The notes under the pieces were generated by a model. It saw only the letters and a program-made list of their open reading frames with translations. It searched no databases and was not told the origin of the DNA. Below, piece after piece: positions 9,678-16,034 of a stretch of DNA of 16,034 nucleotides (positions within the stretch are counted from its first letter, which is position 1; each line of letters begins with the position of its first letter). This DNA comes from Octopus sinensis (lineage: Eukaryota): positions 1 through 16,034 of the forward strand of contig NW_021825291.1 in the NCBI RefSeq assembly GCF_006345805.1, given 5' to 3'. The position numbers were made by a program, and so were the translations under genes.

Positions 9678-9887
9678 AATAACAATAATCATCCTTTCTA
9701 CTATAGGCACAAAGCCTGAAATTTATGGGCAGGGGATAAGTTGATCCCATTGACTCCAGCACTTGACTAGTACTTAATTTATCGACCCCAAAAGGATGAA
9801 TGGCTAAGATGCTGTGTAGTGGGACTGAACCTGAAGCCATCTTATTGCAAAGGAAGCATCTTAACTACACAGCCATACCTGCACCTA
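9678..9887 (-). mobile_element. Chimeric SINE: family A head (9887-9805) fused to family B body and tail (9804-9678)
   Basis: Reverse complement taggtgcaggtatggctgtgtagttaagatgc...ggttcagtcccact continues directly into ccattcatccttttggggtcgataaattaagtac. Confidence 0.75.
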
Positions 9888-10459
9888 TATATAAAATACA
9901 AACATTTAAATGATACCTGAACCCATATTTTGCATGACAGCATGAATTTTATAAAATTCATGTTTTGGGGGATACAATATTTGTTTGCTGACAAGATTGT
10001 TATTAACATTTTAGATTGAAAACCGAATAGAAGAAAATGAAAGGAAATTTCACTGGAATTTCAAAACGAATACGATTCTGTTGGCAAATATAATTTAGTT
10101 AGATAACCAGATCAAACTCACCATTGAATAACCAGCTTTGAAGTACGATTGTAATTTTTAATAAACAGCAGGTGAACTTGATGGCTTCATTATTTAATAG
10201 ATTACATTAATGCTAGGTGACCCAGGTCAAAGCCCAAATATTAATTTAAATTTTCATGCTAGCATTGTGCCTTGTATTTTTGATCAATCAAATTCAAGCA
10301 TTCAATGACTGCTGTAAAATACTTTTAAAGAACAAGATGGTTTTCGCTTTTAGCTTGTGAGCTAGTCAATGAAAGTCTCAGATGCAAATTAACAGATAAG
10401 AAACAAGAAAACCACAAACAGATTGTGTATTGATAATAATGTAAGAAACACGCATAAAT

Positions 10460-10606
10460 TAGCAAGGATGCTAGTGTGGTTAAGAAGTTCACTTTGCAAC
10501 CAAATGGCTTTGGGTTCATTCCTCCTGTGTGGCTATAACCTCAGACTAATCAATGCCATGTGAGTGAAAATAGTAGACAGAAACTGAATGGAAATCCATC
10601 ATTATA
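10460..10606 (+). mobile_element. Old family A SINE, 5' half
   Basis: gtgtggttaagaagttc...tgggttcattcc...tgtgagtg...gtagacagaaactgaa; ends where the family's internal (TA)n linker begins. Confidence 0.65.
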
Positions 10607-11019
10607 TAGGCACAGGCGTGACTGTGTGGTAAGAAGCTTGTTCCCCTACCACATAGTTTTGGGTTCAGTCCCACTGCGTGGCACCTTCTACTATAGACTT
10701 GAGCTGATCAAAGCCTTGTGAGTGGATTTGGTAGAGAGAAACTGAAAGAAGCTGATTATTCAGTGGCGAGTAGACAGAAACTGAAAGAAGCCTGTCATAT
10801 ATAAATATATGTGTGTGTGTGTGTGTCTGTTTTTGCCCTCACTCATCACTTGACAACCGATGTTGGTGTGTTTATGTCCCTGTAACTTAGTGGTTCGGCA
10901 AAAGAGACCGATAGAATAAGTACTAGGCTTACTAAGAATAAGTCCTGGAGTCAATTTGTTCGACTAAAGGCAGTGCTCAGGCATGGCTGCAGTCAAATGA
11001 CTGAAGCAAGTAAAAGAGT
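10607..11019 (+). mobile_element. Family A SINE, near full length, relatively young (tRNA-derived head, internal TA/GT microsatellite)
   Basis: Head taggcacaggcgtgactgtgtggtaag, B-box-like gggttcagtccc, linker at about 10795-10826, conserved 3' half ending gtaaaagagta. Confidence 0.92.
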
Positions 11020-11030
11020 ATATACATATA

Positions 11031-12307
11031 TCAGGCTGAGTAAAAAGTAAGTGACGTTTAGAAACATGAAATTCATCACAATATATTTCAACAACGTGGA
11101 AGTTTTATTCATCAAAGTAAAGACCATTACAATCAACACATTTCTGCCAATGAGTTACATGTTTGTTTAATCCGGTAGCATAAAAATCTGGAGTTCTGGA
11201 GCTGATGAACTCTTTGAACGCACTTTCAGCATCGGTTTGATTTTTGAACTCCTCCTCTCGCGGGAAACCATCAAGGTGATTGAAAAAGTGTAGTCGGTAG
11301 GAGAAAGGTCTGAGGAATAAGCTAGGTGGGGAAGAACTTTGTAGCCAAGTTCCCTCAACTTCTGGAGCATCATTAGTGAAATGTGTAGTCAAGCATTGTT
11401 ATGAAGAATAACTGGTCCTCTTTTGTTGACCAGTCTGGGATGGAGGAGGAGCAGTTTTTTGTTCATTTTGGTAATTTCATGGCAATATGTTTCTGCAGTA
11501 ATGGTTTTTCTGGGTTTTAAGAATTTATAGTGGATGAATCCAGCAGTACACCACCAAACAGTCACTATAACCACCTTTTTGAAGAGCTCGGGGTTTGGGA
11601 AGGTTTTCGGTGCTTCATTTTGGTCCAATCACTGTAAAGAACATTTTTTTATTATTGTACAGAATCCACTTTCCATCAAAAGTTACAATATGGTTGAGAA
11701 ATGATCCAGTCTGGTTACAAAGAAGAACCGAGCAAATTTCATACCTGTGCATTTTCTAATTTTCATTCAAATCATGTGGTACCCATTTGTCAAGCTTTTT
11801 TGATTTTCTGATTGCATGCAAATGACTGCAAACAGTTTTCTGGCTAACTTTGAAGTTCTTTTGTCTGTTCAAGTGGTTTTACATGGATCTTTGTCAATGA
11901 TGGTCTTTAATTGACTGTCATCGATGACAGATAGGCGTCCACTATGCTCATGATCTTCAAGGTGCACATTGTCACTGCAAAATCATTGAAACTATTTTCG
12001 AGCTGACCACTTACTGGTCATTTCCTCACCAAATGTTTCATTGATATCGCGAGCAGTTTCAGCTGCTTTATGTCCCTTTTTGAAGCTGAATAGCAAAATT
12101 GCTCCAATATCACAGTTTGACAGTTCCGTTTCAGATGATTGTAACAATGGTGAAAAAAATATCAATGTTAATTTATTGATGCATTTGGGCAAATCTATGT
12201 CTGTATTATCAGATAATTTCAAAAATATGTTTAAAAAAAGATCAAAACTCTACAAAAATCCGGTACAGATTCTTTTTGGTTCAAAATGTTGCTTACTTTT
12301 TACTCAA
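11031..12307 (-). mobile_element. Mariner-2 (cecropia subfamily, Hsmar1-like), near full length, inactive
   Basis: Inverted repeats 11037-11059 and 12284-12306 (20/23); TA at 11029-11030; the other end runs into (TA)n; 1277 bp. Confidence 0.95.
11105..12129 (-). pseudogene. Mariner transposase pseudogene
   Basis: Probable start codon decayed to ACG (12129). Motifs KGHKAAETARDIN, LDKWVPHDL, VTFDGKWILYNN, VTVWWCTAG, GPVILHNNA* (second Asp lost), YSSDLSPTDY, FYATGLNK..WQKCVDCNGLYFDE*; several stops and frameshifts. Confidence 0.95.
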
Positions 12308-12311
12308 TATG

Positions 12312-12365
<54 letters not shown>
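12308..12365. repeat. (TA)n microsatellite at the mariner-2 end
   Basis: Directly visible. Confidence 0.95.
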
Positions 12366-12367
12366 CG

Positions 12368-12557
12368 AAGTGTGTGTCATTGTGTCTGTCCTCCCATCAC
12401 CATTTGACAACTGTGTTGGTGTATTTACATTCCTGTAACTTAGCAGTTTGGTAAAAGAGACTAATAGTAGGCTGAAAAATAAGCCCTAGGGTTGATTTGT
12501 TCAACTAAAGCTCTTCAAGGCACTGCTCCAGTCAAATGACTGAAACAAGTAAAAGAA
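12368..12557 (+). mobile_element. Old family A SINE, 3' half
   Basis: tttgacaactgtgttggtgtatttac...gtcaaatgactgaaacaagtaaaaga; more diverged than 10607-11019. Confidence 0.85.
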
Positions 12558-12579
12558 TATATTATATCAATACACACAC

Positions 12580-12756
12580 CATCATCATCATCATCATTTT
12601 AATGTTCACTTTTCTTTTTCATACTTGGATGGAATTTGTTGAGTTAGATTTTTCTATAGCTGGATGCTCTTCTTGTCACTAACCCTTACCTGCTTCCAAG
12701 TAAGATAGTATTTCCCCAGGACCAGACATGGAAGATTGGAAATGGAGGGCACTGCT
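12580..12756 (-). mobile_element. Family C-related SINE 3' part with (GAT)n tail
   Basis: (CAT)n + ttttaatgttcactttt...ctggatgctcttctt...ttccaagtaagatagtatttcccc; parallels 6161-6325. Confidence 0.75.
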
Positions 12757-12763
12757 TGAATGT

Positions 12764-12876
12764 TTCAGTAGGATTTGAATTTTGACCATAAAGTGATGGA
12801 ATGAATTCTGCATTTTTTCTTGATGCTGTAACAATTCTGCCACGAAACATTCTGACTGGCATGCTAACAATTCTGC
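12764..12876 (-). mobile_element. Degenerate family B SINE head fragments
   Basis: ggatttgaatt and ctggcatgctaacaattctgc resemble 8982-9067; abuts the (AAT)n run at 12878. Confidence 0.45.
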
Positions 12877-12877
12877 T

Positions 12878-12933
12878 AATAATAATAATAATAATAATAA
12901 TGATGAGGAGGATGAGGGTGATGATGATGATGA
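12878..12933. repeat. (AAT)n-(GAT/GAG)n compound microsatellite
   Basis: Directly visible. Confidence 0.9.
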
Positions 12934-13184
12934 GTCAATAAGAGAGCTGCTGTACAGTTGTTTGATCTATTATATAGCAGTTACATAACCCTCAAATTAT
13001 GTTTCATCTTTAAAAGCCAAACAAAAAAAATAATCCCAGAACTACATTAGATGGCAGCATTAGATAATGCGATCCTACAGAGTATTTTGAGATTTAGCCA
13101 CCAATGAAATAAATAATTTTCTACCTGTTGTTAAATGGCAAAGAATTGAGAGAAAGTAATATGAAAACACAATGGAAAACTTAC

Positions 13185-13297
13185 TGTCAGGATAAATGGC
13201 TGTGAGTCACGCATATATTTCACTGCTAGATCAAGTCCCATGGAAAGACGGCTGGAAATTTTAGGATGGATTTGGTTCAATAAAACAACAAAGCACT
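13185..13297 (-). CDS. Coding exon: (E)CFVVLLNQIHPKISSRLSMGLDLAVKYMRDSQPFILT
   Basis: Acceptor aaagttcctctttttcag, donor ACA|gtaagt; 113 nt, phase 1 to 0, in frame with 15456-15302 upstream and 3231-3073 downstream; not shown in the ORF track. Confidence 0.85.
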
Positions 13298-13420
13298 CTG
13301 AAAAAGAGGAACTTTCAGATGTAGAAAACCTCTAAAACATATATCAACATAAATACATACATACATAAACCATCTATTTCTCCCCATCCTTACACACACA
13401 CACACACACATTATATATAT

Positions 13421-13746
13421 ACTTTTACTTGTTTCAGTCATTTGACTGCAGCCATGCTGGAGCATCACCTTGAAGGGTTTTTAATCAAGCAAACTGAACC
13501 CAGGGTTTATCTTTTTTAAGCCTAGTACTTATTCTATTGGTCGCTTTTGGTGAACCACTAAGTTATGGGGACATAATCACACCAACACTGGTTGTCGAGA
13601 AGTGATGGTAGGGAGAACACAGACACAAAGACACACACACACACACACAGATATATACATATATATGACAGGCTTCTTTCAGACACTTGCCCAAGGTGCA
13701 ATGCAGTGGGACTGAACACAGAACTATGTGGTTGAGAAGCAAGCTT
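13421..13746 (-). mobile_element. Family A SINE with an internal deletion of about 55 bp
   Basis: cttttacttgtttcagtcatttgactgcagccatgctggagc...cttctttcag|acacttgcccaaggtgcaatgcagtgggactgaac. Confidence 0.9.
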
Positions 13747-13926
13747 CAAACTAAGTCCTAAGTAGATGACAATGCCCTTCATTCCTCTTTTATCTTCCTC
13801 ACCCATATGCACATTCATACCCACATGTGTGGGTATGGATACCCACACATGTATTTACATGTATGTGTGTGTGTGGATGATGCAAGTATGGGTACAATGT
13901 TTGCTTTGTTAACATATGATTTTGAG

Positions 13927-14065
13927 TTCTATCTCACAGTGCAGTCCCTTGGTACAGTGTCTTCTACTGTGATTTCAAACCAACCAATGCTTTACAAATG
14001 AGATTGGAACAGAACCTTTTATAAGAAGCCTGTCGTACATATGTATATATATCTGTGTGTGTTTC
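13927..14065 (+). mobile_element. Very degenerate family A 5' half
   Basis: gtgtcttctactgtg...agaagcctgtcgtacatatgtatatata resembles the family A middle section. Confidence 0.45.
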
Positions 14066-14184
14066 CAGTCCTCATTTTGCATGAAAAAAGTTGAACTATT
14101 CATGGTTATTTTGTTGACAAAAATTTTGCTGTATTTTCTAAGATATGCAGTATAAAAAATTCCTTACTTGAGAAACAGCTATGG

Positions 14185-14280
14185 GTTAGTGACAGAAAGG
14201 GAATCTAACTGTAAAACAGGGACTCAATAGTATGCCTTCCTCCAACCCATGCTAATACAGAAAAACAAATCTTAAATGAA
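14185..14280 (+). mobile_element. Degenerate family C SINE 3' part
   Basis: gacagaaagggaatctaactgtaaaa...ccaacccatgctaatacagaaaa...ttaaatga. Confidence 0.55.
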
Positions 14281-14683
14281 CAAGCAAACACACACACACA
14301 CACACACATACACTCTCTCTCTCTCTCTAGATTATGAATGCAGATTTTCCTTGTACTACCAAACTATCATGTTTCTGAAAAACTAGCAAAATAATTCCAT
14401 AATGGGAAACATTTCTTATGGCTTACTGACTCCCATGTTAGATGGGTATGCATGGATATACACATACAGCTTGCTCTGTCGGGCACTCCCCGCCTTATTG
14501 GTTGTTGATATTGGATTACAATAACCTGGGTATTTCCCATAATCACCACTTCCTCTTGTTGTTCTCAACAGTATTGATCTGACCAATGATAGTCCAAGTT
14601 CTTTTGGCCCTCACTGTAGCATTATTTCCCCTCCGTTTTCCATACAAGCAGTAGTCTTGAATATATTATGTAGTCCGAGGTAT

Positions 14684-14794
14684 ATAATGTAGTCCTAGAT
14701 ATTCTATGTCTTAAAAAAAATATGGGATAAGCAAAATTTGAAAGCTCTGGTTAATTAGTCTGATTGAATCTCACCTGGGCTGAGCAGCAACAAA
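14684..14794 (+). mobile_element. Family E repeat 3' fragment
   Basis: See the 23/24 match with 6561-6584. Confidence 0.5.
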
Positions 14795-14812
14795 CATGCA
14801 TATATACATGCT

Positions 14813-14949
14813 CAGGAAGGGCATCCAGCAGTAGAAACTCTGCCAGATCAAAATTGGAGCCTGGTGCAGCCATCTGGTTCACCAGCCCTCAGTCAAAATC
14901 GTCCAACCCATGCTAGCATGGAAAGCGGACGTTAAACGATGATGATGAT
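14813..14949 (+). mobile_element. Family C SINE, 5'-truncated, well preserved, (GAT)n tail
   Basis: caggaagggcatccagcagtagaaactctgccagatc...ccaacccatgctagcatggaaagcggacgttaaacgatgatgatgat. The GGAAGGGCATCC core is, from memory, typical of Meta-type SINE domains. Confidence 0.85.
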
Positions 14950-15158
14950 CACTGGGAAGTGAGTATGACCTAGTAGTATGTATTATAAATAGTTATGTGT
15001 TTATATAGTTGTGAGCAAACATAGAAATCCTCTAGATTCTCTCAGGTTTGACCAAGTGGAACATCATGGATGTGACAGATGAAAGAGGAAGGACTGTATC
15101 AGTGCTTGACTGCTACTCATTCCACTTGAATAAATTAGAGTAACATTAAAAAAAAAAG

Positions 15159-15263
15159 AAATGCCATAGTCAAGGACACACCAGATTGCTTGGCCCAGGA
15201 ATTGAACCCATGACCTTAAGGTTATGAACCCATCATACTAACCCACTAGGCTACATGCCTTCA
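15159..15263 (-). mobile_element. tRNA-derived SINE head (Pol III A/B boxes), body missing
   Basis: Reverse complement tgaaggcatgtagcctagtggg...ggttcaattcctggg...gtgtccttga; A-box TAGCCTAGTGG and B-box GGTTCAATTCC present, but I could not build a closed cloverleaf. Confidence 0.65.
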
Positions 15264-15301
15264 TATATATACATACTGACAAATGAATTTTCTTGCATTA
15301 C

Positions 15302-15456
15302 CTGAATTTTGTACAAATCTACAATCAAAATTTGATAAATGTTTGAAGCATCCAACCCCTGGCCCACTCTCAATAGTACACTGCAAAAGGAGGGGCCTTG
15401 TTAACAGTTCTTTTCTGAATAGAACAAGTTCTTGAGAGGAGTCCATTCGATAAATT
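15302..15456 (-). CDS. Coding exon: IYRMDSSQELVLFRKELLTRPLLLQCTIESGPGVGCFKHLSNFDCRFVQNS
   Basis: Acceptor cttttcttttctttttccaaacag, donor CAG|gtaatg; 155 nt, phase 2 to 1; overlaps track ORF 15261-15446. Confidence 0.88.
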
Positions 15457-16034
15457 CTGTTTGGAAAAAGAAAAGAAAAGACTTAAATATGAATAAAGTC
15501 AAAAACAATAAAATGCAAATGAACAACTCAAATATTAATTTTGTTAGTTTAAGGAGGAGATAAAGTGGTGCACATGGCTATTTTGGAGATCTCTTAGATA
15601 AGGTATAGAATGGACAATTACATGTTTGTGAAGAGAGAATCATAATCCTACAGTTAGGTCTTCCCAACTCTATGATTTCGAGTTCAACCCGACTTGATAC
15701 CGGGGAATATCATAACCTTCTTTAGCCCAATGTCTCGTGGTTGAAGTTTGATGGCTGGAGACTATGCAGAAATCAATTGTGTGTGTGTTGTGTGTGTGTG
15801 TTTTGCATGTATCTATTTTTGCCTCTCAAGGAACTACAGGGAATCGAGGCCACAAAGTTTCATGCCAAAGTTGTTTAATCATTATAGCATTTTCGCTAAC
15901 ATCAGTAACATGAATTCTCTGTGTTATATATTGAGAGCTATTTCTCTCATTTGCAAATCCAAACTTTACATATCACACACACATATACATATATATTCGT
16001 ATTTCAAAAAGTGCCCTGGAAAGAGAATCATGTT

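Noticed and set aside
99-14549. Remaining short ORFs in the track (e.g. 99-476, 663-968, 3630-3926, 4144-4386, 12041-12454, 13558-13848, 13807-14001)
   Set aside because: They run through SINEs, microsatellites or the antisense strand of transposase remnants, and translate to low-complexity CV/HT/IY-rich peptides.
14540-14660. Neuropeptide-like frame DYCLYGKRR...RAKR on the minus strand
   Set aside because: Short frame closed by stops, weak acceptor, no signal peptide or repeated peptide.
15159-15263. tRNA gene (also the heads at 9887, 9677 and 10607)
   Set aside because: A/B boxes are present, but I could not build a closed cloverleaf, and the heads run into SINE-type sequence.

Overview
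AT-rich, microsatellite-dense animal genomic DNA. The SINE families look like those I recall from Octopus (inference, not a database result); nothing prokaryotic is present. Most of the window is intron. A minus-strand protein-coding gene that the ORF track largely misses runs across it: five exons with canonical GT/AG sites and matching phases (15456-15302, 13297-13185, 3231-3073, 528-420, 342-254) splice into a 207-residue C-terminal segment ending in TGA. I do not recognise the product. The introns hold two dead mariner transposons (a mellifera-like one at 7236-8264 + and a cecropia/Hsmar1-like one at 11031-12307 -), a 5'-truncated R4/Dong-like LINE end inside a (TAA)n run, and a head-to-tail chain of tRNA-derived SINEs linked by (ATT)n tails. 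Many other SINE/retroposon copies are present (labelled families A, B, C, E here, my own labels), plus nested insertions, a 21-23 bp minisatellite and small palindromes. I found no new enzymatic system. The most interesting signals are the hidden gene, the AAT-repeat-seeded insertion chain, the SINE-internal (TA)n insertion hotspot and an inverted SINE pair bracketing an exon.
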